Counted from the whole stretch's first letter, positions 36,074-49,041 are shown. The stretch: 63,745 nt of DNA, filler included, from Phoronis australis (GCA_002633005.1; 10 parts of 10 records of this genome joined end to end with filler, not necessarily neighbours in it), one strand, 5' to 3'. Notes: a model not told the origin generated them from the letters alone. Numbers and translations are program-made.

Positions 36074-36221
36074 TTGTCACGCAGTCCTTTGAAGATCTGC
36101 ACAAACAGATCACCAATCACATCAAGAACTTCGTGATAATGATAGTTGAAGGCCATCTCAAGGTCAAGGCCGACAAACTCCGTCAGATGTCTGTGAGTGT
36201 TGGAGTCTTCTGCCCTAAAAA
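36074..36221 (-). CDS. DARS1: Cytoplasmic aspartyl-tRNA synthetase exon (class II motif 2)
   Basis: cctccag| (V)[48 protein letters not shown] |gtaggt, 148 nt. Confidence 0.97.
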
Positions 36222-37657
36222 CTGGAGGCGAATATAAAACATCAATAAAGCAATTCCTGTTACATGAACTTCCAATTACAATTTAGATCGTTGTTTTAAA
36301 AAAGGTATTGTGGTAAAAAATTAATCAATTTACGACACAATTTGGCACGACAGGTGAAATTTTTTTTTCATTTCTTCATATCAGAATGATGCTTTGCCAT
36401 ATTCAAGTTTTGAATCATGGCTACCAACAGGAAAATTTTTGAAAAAATGTGGGCATTCGCAAAAATGAAGCTCTTGAAAATGAGAAAAAAAGCAATTTTG
36501 GCAATTATTTTTATCTGAAATGGGTGACAATTTAACACACTAGTCTTTCAGATGCACCTTGTGGATCATATCACATGACCTGTAATCACTTCAACTCATG
36601 ACTTAATAGGCAGGATTCCCCATCCCAAGTCTTATGGGATTTCTGTGACCGCCTATTGTACTTATTTTTTATAGGTATAAAGTACAGTTGCTCATGGTAC
36701 TGATCTCAATTTATAGACCCATGTTCCATCTGTAAAGCGAACTTTTCAATAAGATCGTTTTAATGCTAGCCATAAAATTGGTCATAGTTTGTCCCGTTCT
36801 TAGATGAGAAGTGATTCCTTGAGACAAAGCTAGGCGCATAAAATGACACATTGTGACAAGCTAAGTTATATAGCATTGACTCAAGCAAAACCAGATTGTC
36901 AGTTCTTTCCAGGCACTGAAATCATCTCTTAAACCAAGGAACAATTGGAGAACCAATTTCTTCATGGTGAAGGGTCTAAACCAAAGTTGTTTTTATTACG
37001 GAAGGCGAGATTTCGTTGCACAATCCAGGTTTTCAATTAATGCGATGTCGTATTGAAGCATGTATTTCAGTACATCTTACTTGGACTTGATACTGCCTTG
37101 GTCAGAATGTTCAAGGTCAGAAACAAGACAAGTGAACACTTCCAGTCTTCCGGAATTGTACTATGTCTGAGGTGGAACTCTTTTTGGCATGTTGAAGTGG
37201 TTACCAGTATATCTTTATTAAAAAGTGAAGCATTTTGGGGCTTCTGAAAGCATGCCAGTGCAATCTCGCTTTAAAACTGTAACATATTTCACACTCATCC
37301 GTACACAAGGTTTACTAATTACTACACAAAGTTACGATATTCACTAGAAAAAACTCTAACGATGACTGCTCTGTTAATTTCACTTCAATGCCAAACAAAA
37401 ACAATTGCCAGAATTGTAATTTTCCAATTTGTAAGGCTGATTGCATTGTCAAAGTGCTAAAAGTATTTACGCATGCTTGATTTTGTGGAAGACGTACAGT
37501 ACAAACAATGTTAAAAAGAAACGATCTTCCAATTTTTTGTTACTTCCCACCAAATTCCCCTTGCCCAACATATCGTAGGCTTAACAGAAGAGCGTAATCC
37601 AAGCGACGAGGGAAGAGGAGACACCTAATGGCAATCGTCAGAGTGATTGAGCCTTAC

Positions 37658-37792
37658 CTGCACCTACTGTGAAGACCTTCTCAAAGTCAGCAGTCAGCGC
37701 CATCTGTTTGTAGAGCTGGGGAGACTGAGCCAAGTAGGCACTGGTCTTGAAGTAACTCACAGTGAAGACGTTGGCCCCTCCCTCCGATGCCG
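37658..37792 (-). CDS. DARS1: Cytoplasmic aspartyl-tRNA synthetase exon
   Basis: tctccag| (A)[44 protein letters not shown] |gtaagg, 135 nt. Confidence 0.97.
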
Positions 37793-38110
37793 CTGGAGAC
37801 AAAACATTACCACACTCATTTGAGAATTCTTATGAAGACAATGGACAAAACAGAGAGCAGGGTCCATGTCCACTAAATTTTATTCAACTCGGCCTAAAAT
37901 TTGACCAATCATATCAAGCGAGATTAAAAAAAATTGCACAAAATGTGAGACGACATTGGTCAACTTTCGTGTCGAGTCTCGAGCAAAAACTGAGATCGCG
38001 GGCTCAGTAGGCAATCAGCCAAGACTCTTGAATCTGACAGTTTACAGAATTTTGACATACTAAGAACTTGTTGAAAACTACGGAGTCAAGAATCCTATAC
38101 TCATACATAC

Positions 38111-38279
38111 CGGAGATGATCTTGGGTGTGTGTATTTCCACAAATCCCTTCTTGGTCAGGATATCGCGGAAAAGTTGGCACAAGCCCGCCTGAACACGGT
38201 AGATAGCCTGATTGGTCATGGTCCTCAAGTCTAAGATTCTGTTGTCCAGCCGAGTATCTTGGTTCACCTTAGCTAGATC
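38111..38279 (-). CDS. DARS1: Cytoplasmic aspartyl-tRNA synthetase exon (motif 1)
   Basis: tctttag| [56 protein letters not shown] |gtatgt. Confidence 0.97.
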
Positions 38280-39039
38280 CTAAAGATTAAGCGAGCATTA
38301 TGATAAAAATTCTCTAATTTGGACAGTCTCTAGAATTTTGGACATAAAAACTCTCGCAAAAACTACTTTTATTTAATTCTGTAATCTTGGACGAGGGCAA
38401 GTTTGGTGTTAACCATTATATTTCTCAAATTTTGGACAGATGTGTTTTCCAGCTTTCGCAGATTCTTAAATTTGCGAAGGTCAATATTAATCATTTCTAA
38501 AATTTGGGATAAGCTCCGGCCACGAGCAAAATAATATACATTTTTACTGTCCAAATTGGAGTTTTTACCGAATTTTTTAAAGTTAAATGTGACACTGCTT
38601 CTTAACATGTCCTAATTTGCATTTTCCAACTGTCTGCTCGAGTTATATTGGCCGAGCTTGATTATTTTCCAGTGTTGAACAATATGTAAAACACAACAGC
38701 CAGTGATTGAAATTCACAAGGTTATGATGAATAAACAATTCAATTTTTGCCCAAAACACATTACCAACACCACCTATTCAACGTAGGCCAGCTTACTGAG
38801 AACTGCAAAGGCTAAATATGTCTTTAGAATAGGAGACTTGAACAAAGCAAAGATCATGTGAACACCATGATCCCTCATAGCCAATCCAATTATACAGCTT
38901 AAATTTTGCCAACATTAGTTTTGTTAGTGGCTCTGTCAATTGACTAGGCTTCTGCCTATTTGCCTGTTTGACTGAAAGACTGAGTAGTTGGTGGTCAAGT
39001 ACATAAAAACACTTCCGACATACTTCAACAACAGCACTG

Positions 39040-39139
39040 NNNNNNNNNNNNNNNNNNNNNNNNNNNNNNNNNNNNNNNNNNNNTTAATTAATTAANNNNN
39101 NNNNNNNNNNNNNNNNNNNNNNNNNNNNNNNNNNNNNNN
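39040..39139. other. Artificial scaffold-joining spacer
   Basis: 44N-TTAATTAATTAA-44N. Confidence 0.95.
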
Positions 39140-40175
39140 CGAGCAGACGGAGCTGACAGCTAGGTGGTCTAGAAATCTAAAAGAGTGGATGTCATATAGG
39201 AACTTTTGTAAATATGTATTACTTGAAGTGGTTATGAAGCTGCCATCGATCATACAAACTAACTTTTGGTTTAGAACATTTAACATTATGAAGAATGTTT
39301 CTGTTGATTGCTTCCTGTGTTCAGTTGTAATTGATGCACTACCCTCTCGACTGTACAATATCAACGTTTAATCAACTCAAATTCAAAACGATTTTTATTC
39401 AGTTTAAAATGCCAGGGGGAGGTAACCTGGTATGTATCGTGGTGAGGGCATGTCATGATTTCCACCAAAACTCTATTGACCGTTGATAATTTTTTGTCAC
39501 CTGCAACACTGAATCCTGTAAAAACACCAGCCGTGACATTTTAAAATATTATAGAAACAATTCGTGTACATCTTAGCATGAAAGTATTATAACAATCTAC
39601 CAGCAAATTCACAATTTCGCAGCTTTTTTGTAATTACACCCTATTTTCTCACAATTAAATTGGCACTGGAAAATGCAGTTCTAAAAAGTTAAATACAAGT
39701 TGAGATCAGATTGACAGCGGTAAGATGTATAAACTAAGTATTCATGCTGGAATATGTGTTCAAAGCGGCTTTAATTTGTCATCAGTAATTGAAATGTTAA
39801 TTAACCAGACACTAGTGAAAAAAATGAAGATAAAGCAACTCACCAAAAACAACAGACTTTTCCACTCAGAACTGCTATTCACAAATTTGAATTTGTAATG
39901 CCCAACTTAAAAGTCTTAGAGCACCTGACTTCTCTAGGACTGACAATAATTAAAATAATTGTCAAGTGCAGTTCAGTAAAGATTAAATCGCATACTGGCA
40001 CACTGATTAGTCGATGGTGAAGCCAACTGCCATATGAATAGTTCAACGTTCACACGCATTCTTGAACAATAAACTCGTAAAAGGTTCTAAAAATGTGTCA
40101 GCTTTGTGCTAGCTTCCCATACATTAGACACACTTCTCTAAAATCTGCCACATGTCGTTAAGTGCCTACACTTAC

Positions 40176-40274
40176 ACTTGTAAGTCTGGCAAATACACTT
40201 CCGCCTTTCTGAGTGGGGAGACGGACGGGTCATGGCGAGAGAAGACCTGATATTTGTTCTGCAGTTGGACGTGG
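40176..40274 (-). CDS. Candidate exon of an unidentified gene
   Basis: tctttttag| 99 nt |gtaagt. Open as HVQLQNKYQVFSRHDPSVSPLRKAEVYLPDLQ, with higher GC than the flanks. Confidence 0.5.
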
Positions 40275-40403
40275 CTAAAAAGATAAATACAGAACATTAC
40301 GGCTATTACACAATCGACGTAGCTGTGTTTCCACAGTAGACTAAACCAATTATTAATTCTCAATGCATATCAATGTTGATAACATGTGAATTATCCTCCA
40401 TAC

Positions 40404-40500
40404 CTGTCCAGGTTGAACACAAGGACAAAACGGTCATAATGAGGAAAGCTGCTGGTAGGGTTATAATTCGGGTGAGGAAATGAGGAAGAACCTGGCGATT
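40404..40500 (-). CDS. Candidate exon of an unidentified gene (5' boundary uncertain)
   Basis: |gtatgg donor. The frame SPGSSSFPHPNYNPTSSFPHYDRFVLVFNLD(S) is phase-compatible with 40176-40274 across a 129-nt intron. Confidence 0.4.
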
Positions 40501-41516
40501 CTGTACCCCTTTCACGAAAGTCGTAACACAGTGGAAACTATTCATGCCAGGTTCCTAGAACATTGTCAGATATACTTTAGTAGCATATTCATGACATACA
40601 TTCAAAAAAGTACAAACAAGCGTGCAGATGTAATGTCAATTTGAAACAATAGAGCTAATGGAGGCAAACTTGCCCAGCCCTGGTTCTAGTTTGTGTCCAA
40701 CTGGGGTCAATTCGCCTCCTTCACGGAAAGGTTAAATTCGTAAGAAAACAGCAGCTATAGAGTCATTGTCTTTTACATAACAAATTTAGGCTTAATGACT
40801 ACAAGTGGTTTACAATCAACATCTATTTTATTTTCTGAACTCAGATGCAAATACACGCTTGTGTGCATTAAGAAACATCATTCATTGAGCACAGGATGTG
40901 ACTATAGCCCAGCATTATACTGTATCAACTACAACTTCATTCCTTATCATCTCTCATTTTCTGGCTAGCCTTAAAACCTGCTAAAAGAGGGCGAGCTTGC
41001 ACCAGTAGCAGTGAAGTGAAACACCTGATCATAAACAATTGACAAAGCCAAACGAACTAAAGGTCATGTGGAATTACAATAATTCTTTGTCACATTTTAT
41101 AATAAAAATATTGAATTTGAGCCAAATACCTAGAACAAAAAAAACATGCCAAAGTCTCTCCTAAAATCACCCACCAAGATATTTTAAATACACTTAATTT
41201 TAGTACACTGGTAGCAATCATAGAATCTCACAAAATGGCAGCGGCGAATATGAGAGCATGCACAGTATTCGAGATAAGGGTGCTGGGTAAGCTTGCACTG
41301 TCTCCACTAAGCAAATATATTCAACAAGAATCCAATCATACAAAATGGTTTAAACACAAATTTGCTACAAAGCTGCATCTCAGTAAAAAGAACAAAAATT
41401 ACGGGAATTCAATTCACCAGTTTGCAGACAAATACTAAATACAGAGAGACTGAGCAGGTGCTGAGGCTGAACAGCGCACATTTTGATTTGTTATAGAAAA
41501 GAATGATTATCCTTAC

Positions 41517-41740
41517 CACTTCTTGAGATACAAGGGAAGCTGTGTAATAATTTGCATAGGTGTTGACTCCTGATGGTGCCACAGATGAAACACATCGCTG
41601 AAGAACTCTTTGTAAGCCTTTGTTTTAGGCGCTAGACCAATGACTAGTCGAAAGTCATCTGAGTATAGCTGCACTGGTACAGTGTTACTGGCCATAGGAC
41701 TGTAGGTCAGGGTAAGTAGAGCCACAGAACTGGTAGAGTC
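41517..41740 (-). CDS. Candidate exon of an unidentified gene
   Basis: ccctctgcag| 224 nt |gtaagg. Only one frame is open: DSTSSVALLTLTYSPMASNTVPVQLYSDDFRLVIGLAPKTKAYKEFFSDVFHLWHHQESTPMQIITQLPLYLKK. Confidence 0.6.
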
Positions 41741-42002
41741 CTGCAGAGGGAGCTTATTACAACATACACAATCAAGATGGATGACAGGATGTATTATGGG
41801 GACTTCAATGGATAACGCTACTGTTATGTTGTCCTTCATTCTATAAAACCGTATACTTTTAGTATCTTCTCTTTATTATTTTTTTATTATTTATTTTGTT
41901 TCATCAGTCTTTCCATGTTAGTTTGTTACTCATCATTGATTATTTTAATCGTGTCTTTCATTTTGTAATTCTGTTTGTTTGTCTCACTGTCTGTGTATGG
42001 TT

Positions 42003-42094
42003 TTGCTGAGGGCCCCAATGGAAAGCAGTGAGAATTGATGGGGGTACCCTAATTGTAAACATTACAATAATAAATAAATATATAAATAAATAAA
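42003..42094 (+). mobile_element. LINE/SINE 3' tail (CR1/L2-like) ending in (TAAA)n
   Basis: GAGGGCCCCAATGGAAAGCAGTG...ACCCT...ATTACAATAATAAATAAA. An inverted copy lies at 46737-46835. Confidence 0.65.
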
Positions 42095-42963
42095 GTACTC
42101 CATTCATGATTGCATTATGCAGATGCAAGAATTATTCAAGCAAAGCTAGCGTGATCACGTTCTTCGCTGGCAACAGAATGAGATATCTCAATGACTAGTG
42201 TGATCTTGAATTTTGTGAGTTTCTCGAACATAGGGAATGCAGCCTAGGTTAATTTCCAACTTCGGCTAAATTCCCACCCTCAAAATTTCACAAATTCTTT
42301 ATCCGAATACCAACCCCAATTTTCGACATCCTGGGCATTAACCTGAATGGTTATGGCAAAATGTTCTCAAACAAACAACTCGCGACTGCTCAGAAAGTCA
42401 AAATGAAAATAACATTGAAACAACATGCACAAAAATGTATTTATTATTTATAATAGTGTATATTACTAATTAAAAATGCATCTAAGGTAGCCTTATGATT
42501 TTTGTAAACACCAAACATATCTCAATGGCAATTACATAGTTTTTTCATGTTGCATCAAAACAAAACAGGCAGCAGCAACATGAATCCATTTTGCAGGTGT
42601 CTTGTGCTTCGAACACTTACCCCGTCATAAAATTGTATATTTGTGAGCATGTTCTTTGGTAGACAAAAGCAGCCAAATCGACTATCTGAGAGTAAGACGG
42701 CTTCTTCAAATACGTGGAGCGTGGCTAAGAAAGAAAGACAAATCTGTGACAAAATCGAGGACTACAAAATAGAACAGATAAGGCAAAGAATTGGTAATAA
42801 CTGAAACACATTTTGTGGAAAAACATACACATTAGAATACATTTCTGTATAGTTGTTATCCTGATTTCTTGATATAACTTATTTAAGCTTTTGCATATTA
42901 CACAGTGATATTATGCAATTCAGTTACAACTTTACAACTAACTAGATTTAACAAGTACGTGCT

Positions 42964-43015
42964 CAGTGGTCAAACCTCTAAAGTGGTCAAATCTCTAAAG
43001 TGGTCAAATCTCTAA
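42964..43015. repeat. 17-bp tandem repeat, 3 copies
   Basis: AGTGGTCAAATCTCTAA. Confidence 0.85.
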
Positions 43016-43033
43016 AACATAAACTGTTTTTTT

Positions 43034-43133
43034 NNNNNNNNNNNNNNNNNNNNNNNNNNNNNNNNNNNNNNNNNNNNTTAATTAATTAANNNNNNNNNNN
43101 NNNNNNNNNNNNNNNNNNNNNNNNNNNNNNNNN
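43034..43133. other. Artificial scaffold-joining spacer
   Basis: 44N-TTAATTAATTAA-44N. Confidence 0.95.
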
Positions 43134-44564
43134 ACAAAACACAATGTAACCACAAACAACAGAAACCAATGCTTGAATCAAACTTAAGCAGTTGATCAGT
43201 AAATAGTTGTTGGGTGAGATTCAATTAACTAAATCAGTTAAATAAAAAAACATGGAGGATGATTTTTGCTACTGCCCAGAGAGGGTGTCTGAGAGCTGTT
43301 TGAGTTTTTGGACAGTAGAAGGCAACTTCGTGAAAATTTGGCAGGAGTTCAAAGTGTGAACATGATGGCCCATCAAGCTCAAACAAGACTCTGATCAAAC
43401 ACAGACATATTTTCTCCTACTATATGTGGTACAAGAACTTTTATGGACATCGGCTGATCTCAGCAATTATCTTTTTGTCAAGGTATCATCCTTCCACATT
43501 TTGAGTGTTCAACTTTATCCAATCTCATTCAATATCAACTTTACTACCAGAATTTCTTGGGCAATACATTCTCCGAGAAGACACCCGGCAGATGATTATC
43601 CGTGTCTCCTTTATCATCAGCCTATTGAGCAAACATTTTATTTGTCTTACTAATTAACTACAGTATTGCATGGTGGACATCAGCGCTGTCCACAATACAA
43701 GTTATCCTAAAGCGACTTGTCTCCCAGTGAGCTGAGCGGTCACACTACGTGCCCTCAGGCTTGTGACAGTGACAGGCAAATAGGATTAGACACCAGCAAC
43801 TGAGCAATCACGCGGCTGGTAATTACTTCTGCCTTGTCTGCAAGTTTGTGTCCAGACTATGACTAGCACTGGGGTAAGTTACCCTAGAAGTGAGTTTCCC
43901 TTCCTGGATATGGTGAGGTAAGTTGTTGCATGTGTATCCAGCACAAATAGCGTCCACACTACAACTAAACCTAGAGAAAACTCATCCCAGGAGTAATTTG
44001 TCCCAGAATAACTTGTAGACGAAGTGTAGATAGCACATTAGTTTACTGTATGCTTGGACATATACAATTACTTGTCTTAGTTACAATTTACAATGTTTTG
44101 CTATTGTTTTTATTTTTGTCACCTTTTCCCTTTTTTAGCAATGATGGTAATGCAATGAAACGCTCACTCAATGTGTTACAAAATATAGATCGCAAGAAAA
44201 CTAGAAAATGAAAATGGAAAATGCACTTTTTAATTAACAACTTCATAAGTAATTATTTCAACTTAAACTCGCAAACAGGAAATAATCACAAACTAACGTT
44301 ATCCACTGAGAGCTTGTTTTCGCATAGAGTTAATACTAATTTGTATCTCACCAGTATGTAGTCTTTGAACTCGGCGTACCTACAGACATTTCCTCTTTGG
44401 TCAACCAACTATTTTTAGCAAAAAAGCTATTATGCCGGATAGTTCCAATCTTTACCACACAATAGGACCATCCCGGATTAAAAGGGCGATAGAACTCTTC
44501 TTTGTCCCGGAAATAAGAAAGCGTGTGACCTCGTTTTGGAAATCAGGCACATTTTCGTGTCTCT

Positions 44565-44693
44565 CATTGATGTCGGGAAGGCGAAGAATTCCAGATCACG
44601 CATCCACGGGTATTTGTCCAGTTTTTAATGAAACTTTCTTACACGTACGTCGGAGTTGCAGCCCGCAGCACAGCAGTAATGCTTCATTGGCAT
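44565..44693 (-). pseudogene. THAP zinc-finger N-terminal remnant (transposase-derived)
   Basis: MPMKHYCCAAGCNSDVRVRKFH*KLDKYPWMRDLEFFAFPTS matches THAP CCAxGC...FFxFP. Confidence 0.6.
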
Positions 44694-44921
44694 TGGACAG
44701 AGGAGTAGAGTAATGCAACCGAGGAAAACTTGTAAAGAATCCCACAATAAATAACATATGAAACCCCAAAGGCACGAAAACGAGGCAGCAGATATGCCTG
44801 GCAGATGTTTACGGCATTTTGGGTAAATACAGTGAGATTCAAGAGTCGCTCTGTAATTCAAGATGGCCCTATTGCCACTTTGTGATTATCACATAAAAGC
44901 TCAAGACAGCTATTTCCCTAC

Positions 44922-45155
44922 CTTTTTGTCTTGTATAAATGCGAAGCTTATGGTGCCCAGTGCAAGCTTGGCAGCTTTCTCCTCTTGCATGGATGTGGCT
45001 GGAGACTTATAAACCAACACCGAGTCGGGAATGGGTGAGGGGCCCCCTAACATCTCCACGGTGACCTCGGATGTCTTGTTGGACGTGAACGGACTCCAGG
45101 CTGCCCAGCGCAGTGTTACAGTGCTAGTCTGGGTCCTTGCCATGCTGGCACCTAA
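44922..45155 (-). CDS. NPHP4: Nephrocystin-4 exon
   Basis: atttccag| LGASMARTQTSTVTLRWAAWSPF...LGGPSPIPDSVLVYKSPATSMQEEKAAKLALGTISFAFIQDKK |gtaggg, 234 nt, phase 0-0. Matches NPHP4 RWAVWNP..GG..P.P...LVYK.P..SM. Confidence 0.9.
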
Positions 45156-45606
45156 CTGGAAATGCCAAGCACCAGGTGATACAAAAGGAACACAAACACA
45201 AACATTAGACATATACCTCTGGCATTCAACGACCAAAAATCAACTTCCTTTTGATCCAATCACAAATTATGGCGGATAAGGCGAGCCAAAAAGGTGAGAA
45301 TGAAGACATTGTCTTTCTGTATAATCATAGACAAGCATTTTTTTGACATTGTACTTTTTACCCGAGTCCTTAAAGCACCACACTTCATAATAATGGTAAC
45401 TTTGTCATGACGATCCGAAATAACTTTAATGATTGCCAAAATGCTGCAAGTTCCCACAGCTTTAATCCTCACTGAAGTCACATAGAAAGTGAAGATAGCG
45501 CTGAAAATTTATCAATCAAATGCTCTAGCGCCATCTAGTGACAAATCATACTTCAAAGCATGACAGCTTTCAGCCCATAACAAAATATTAAGGGGAGACA
45601 ACTCAC

Positions 45607-45739
45607 CTTGCGTGCATCATCACCCAGGGGTTCAGAGACAACATATTGCAGCGTGAACACTACAGCATACATAGGGTCCTCCACCATGCCCCTCAGTGGG
45701 ACCCTGTTCCTGAGGACTAATGCTGAGCCAAGACTTTGC
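45607..45739 (-). CDS. NPHP4: Nephrocystin-4 exon
   Basis: tgactag| (L)QSLGSALVLRNRVPLRGMVEDPMYAVVFTLQYVVSEPLGDDARK |gtgagt, phase 2-0. Confidence 0.9.
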
Positions 45740-45944
45740 CTAGTCAAAGATTAAATATTTGGAATGTGTTAATTCATCAATACAGACCTTCCAAGACCAA
45801 CAGTGAGTCTTTATATGACATGGTTATGTTTATGACCATGCAGGAGCCAAAATTCTTCAAGAACTTTTTATTAAATTCAAATTACAAAATCCATGGCATT
45901 TTCAAATTCTTGAGGTTAGGAACACATTTACTAATTTTCACATT

Positions 45945-47290
45945 GATTCTTAGAGTGCTTTGGCCGATAGGAAAATGGTCGCCAAAAACAGACTAAAACA
46001 TTCGAAAACAGCTGCTAGACATCATACACCAGGTCAAATCCATCTGAAAATGAAAAGGTGTCATGCCTCCTTAATAGAAACCTATATGCCAAATTTCATA
46101 AAAATCCGCCAAGGAACCTCAAAGATACAGACTCGAGGAAAATGGAGAAAAACAAAACTGCCGCAACATCATTGCCATCCGTTGTCACCTTCATACAAAT
46201 ACACTTGCCAAATTTAACCTTACTGCTGAGGATTCAGGAGATACAGCTAAGGACGCAACAAAAACAAAACTGCCACTATGAGGCGCTACACTAGTTGGCG
46301 CCATCCAAAAATCATCATCGTCACATGTCCTCTCCACAGTAAGATGTCATAATCATCCTAAGAGTGGATTGGTCGATAGAGAGGCAGACACAAAAACAGG
46401 ATCAAAAATATTAAAAACAGCCACTAGGTGGTGTGTACTACGTTAAATCCACTCGAAAATGGAAAGATGTCATCGCCTCTTTAATAAAAATCTATTTACC
46501 AAATTTCAGAAAAATCCATCAAGGAACTCCCAAGATACAGAGAAAAAATGGGAAAAAATAATAAGGCTACTACTAGGGGGAGCAGCGGTTGTTAGATATG
46601 CCCAAAAGTCGTCGTCAACAGATTTCACTTTCATATAAATACACTTGCCAAATTCAACAAAAACCCTGCCCAGGGTTCAGGAGATACAACCATGGACGCA
46701 AAAAACTGCCAATAGCAGGAGCTACTGTAGTCAGTCTTATTTATTTATTTATTTATTTATTATTGTAATATTTAACATGAGGGTGGCCTCTTCAGTGATA
46801 GCACTGCTTTCCAAGAGGGCCCTCACCAAAAAACATTGTCAGCCATCCTTTTCCTAGTAGGAACATATCAATTTTCATAATCACCCTTCGGTGGTTTGGC
46901 CTATAGAGGGGCAGACAGCAAAAAACATTTGAAAACAGTAAAAATGGCCACTAGCAGACGCAAAATATGTTTAATCCGTTTGAAAACGTGAAGGTGGTGT
47001 CACCTTCCTAATAGATACCTATTTACCAAATTTCATGAAAATCTGTTCAGGAACACCGAAGATACAGACTGAGGCAAACATAAAAAACTAAAATTGCCAC
47101 TAGGGTGCACACCAGTAGTCGGATCCCTCCAAAAATTTGCTCATACCTGCAAAATTTCACAAACATCCCGTACATCCAGGGGTTTTGGAGATACTGCAGT
47201 GGACACCAGACGGATGCCAGACGGATGGCAGACGGATGGGCATAGATGACGGCATAAAGCGCCAACACATAAATACGTGGGCACATAATG
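45945..47290 (+). mobile_element. Helentron-associated (HINE-like) element with about 3 diverged internal units, in an NPHP4 intron
   Basis: Units start near 45945, 46357 and 46885 and share CCTTAATAG..CC.TAT.CCAAATTTCA..AAAATC..AGGAAC..AAGATACAG. Ends in a (CAGACGGATG)n tract and a degenerate hairpin. Homologous to 27460-28458. Confidence 0.6.
46737..46835 (-). mobile_element. LINE/SINE 3' tail nested in the HINE
   Basis: Reverse complement of the 42003-42094 family, with (TTTA)n. Confidence 0.65.
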
Positions 47291-47610
47291 AAGTCACAAG
47301 CCAACAAACAGAAAAAATGCATAACTATTGCATTTGCGTAAGTATTATAATTTGATAACAATATGCTATCTATGTTTCCAATGACTGAAACATGACAGTT
47401 GGTTATGAAGGTACCAAGTTACCTTTAGGTCATTGCAAATATTAAAATATCAATAAATCAGACCTGCAAGTTACATAAATCACACCCTGATAACAATATC
47501 GCTCAATAACAATGACCTCCTATTAAATCATTCTGGAACAAATGCAGCTGAAAATCATAAGTCACTGTCAGTTTAGACAACAGAATATTTTATGAGAGAA
47601 CAAAACTCAC

Positions 47611-47741
47611 AGAGAACTAACGGAGGGGGTCCTCTGATGTCCCTTCTTCAATGTAGCCCCCTTTTTATGAGACATGGCCTCAGGGACCAACTGTAGAACC
47701 TCTGGATCATCAACATAGCACCAACCATTGTGGACACCAAC
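47611..47741 (-). CDS. NPHP4: Nephrocystin-4 exon
   Basis: gctgcag| VGVHNGWCYVDDPEVLQLVPEAMSHKKGATLKKGHQRTPSVSS(L) |gtgagt. Contains the NPHP4 VGVHNG motif; phase 0-2. Confidence 0.9.
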
Positions 47742-48340
47742 CTGCAGCAGATAAACACTTTTAGCAACATTGGCGAGGTTCAAACAGTAGTATTATTCTT
47801 CCCTCAGGTAATACAATGATAACACTGACAGTGAGGCATATGTAGTACACAGTTTCTTATTATTTGTTGATACAAGGTACAAACTAATGCGTAAAGCATG
47901 TATTTAGGCCTATGCGCTGGTATCTGTAAAGACGCACCAGCCTAAGTACTGGGTATCTCGTGTATAACAACGTGTCGTAAACTGGATTTCCAGTGTTTTT
48001 TTTCCATTCTGAGTAGTTTTCAATAGTATACCTTGAACAGAAAACATCAATTTCTACAGTAACTGTTGCATGACACATACGTTTACTCAAACACTATCCT
48101 TGGTTTTACTCAAATGTTTCACAAAAAGTGTGTCCACTTTAAATTCGGAAATAGGCGTAGCCTCACAAACAGACACATGGGTCTAACGCAAGAACGTATC
48201 TTCTACCTACTCCGTCACAATGCCACATCTCGTCCCCCACTGAAACCACACTTCCTGTCCCTTACAGCCACAACCCCTCCCCCTTACAACTACAGCTCCT
48301 CCCCCATGTAACCACACTTTCCCTTGTAACCACACCTTCT

Positions 48341-48440
48341 NNNNNNNNNNNNNNNNNNNNNNNNNNNNNNNNNNNNNNNNNNNNTTAATTAATTAANNNN
48401 NNNNNNNNNNNNNNNNNNNNNNNNNNNNNNNNNNNNNNNN
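48341..48440. other. Artificial scaffold-joining spacer
   Basis: 44N-TTAATTAATTAA-44N. Confidence 0.95.
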
Positions 48441-48441
48441 T

Positions 48442-49041
48442 GTTATAAATAATGTAAATTTTAGTGACTCTGATTCATGGTGGAGAAAAGTAAATAAACT
48501 CCCCTTCAATTGTACAAAAGATACAAAATTGCGTTGGTTTCAATACCGCTTAATTCACAGAATATTGCCAACTAATAGTTATTTACATAAAATTAAAATA
48601 AAAACAAGTGATTTATGCTCTTTCTGTGGTGAACACAGTGAAACTTTTCTCCATCTGTTTTGGGAATGTCGTCTTGTCTCCGTTTTCTGGCTCCTGTTTA
48701 CTGACTGGTTAAAACAAACATATCATGTAAATTTTCATGTGGACAAGATAGCAGTGTTTTTTGGTTTTTTGGGAAACATTCAGTCGGAAAATTGTAATAT
48801 TAATTTGCTGATCATGCTAGCAAAAAATTACATATTTAGCCAAAAGTTTGTTAAAAAAAATCTTAATTTCCAATTGTTCATAAACTTTATTAAATTACAT
48901 CCTGAAGGAAATACGGTACTTGTTGAGTAATGATTTAATGTTATCTTTTGTAAACGATGTATAGTATATTGTTTGATTTGACTTGTAATTATCATGCTAG
49001 AGCAAAATAAAAAACTTAAAAAAAAAACAAAAAAAAAAAAA
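48442..49041 (+). mobile_element. L1/Tx1-clade LINE 3' end (ORF2 C-terminal zf-RVT region plus A-rich tail)
   Basis: Open frame 48442-48930: TKDTKLRWFQYRLIHRILPTNSYLHKIKIKTSDLCSFCGEHSETFLHLFWEC..VFW. A-rich tail at ~49005-49041. Confidence 0.9.

Noticed and set aside
40176-40500. TGF-beta prodomain-like LVFNL...LRKAEVYL
   Set aside because: The match is too short and the spacing atypical; no cystine-knot exon is on the scaffold.
41227-41260. CAAAATGGC YY1-like motif or gene start
   Set aside because: It is an isolated motif inside a probable intron, with no supporting exon structure.
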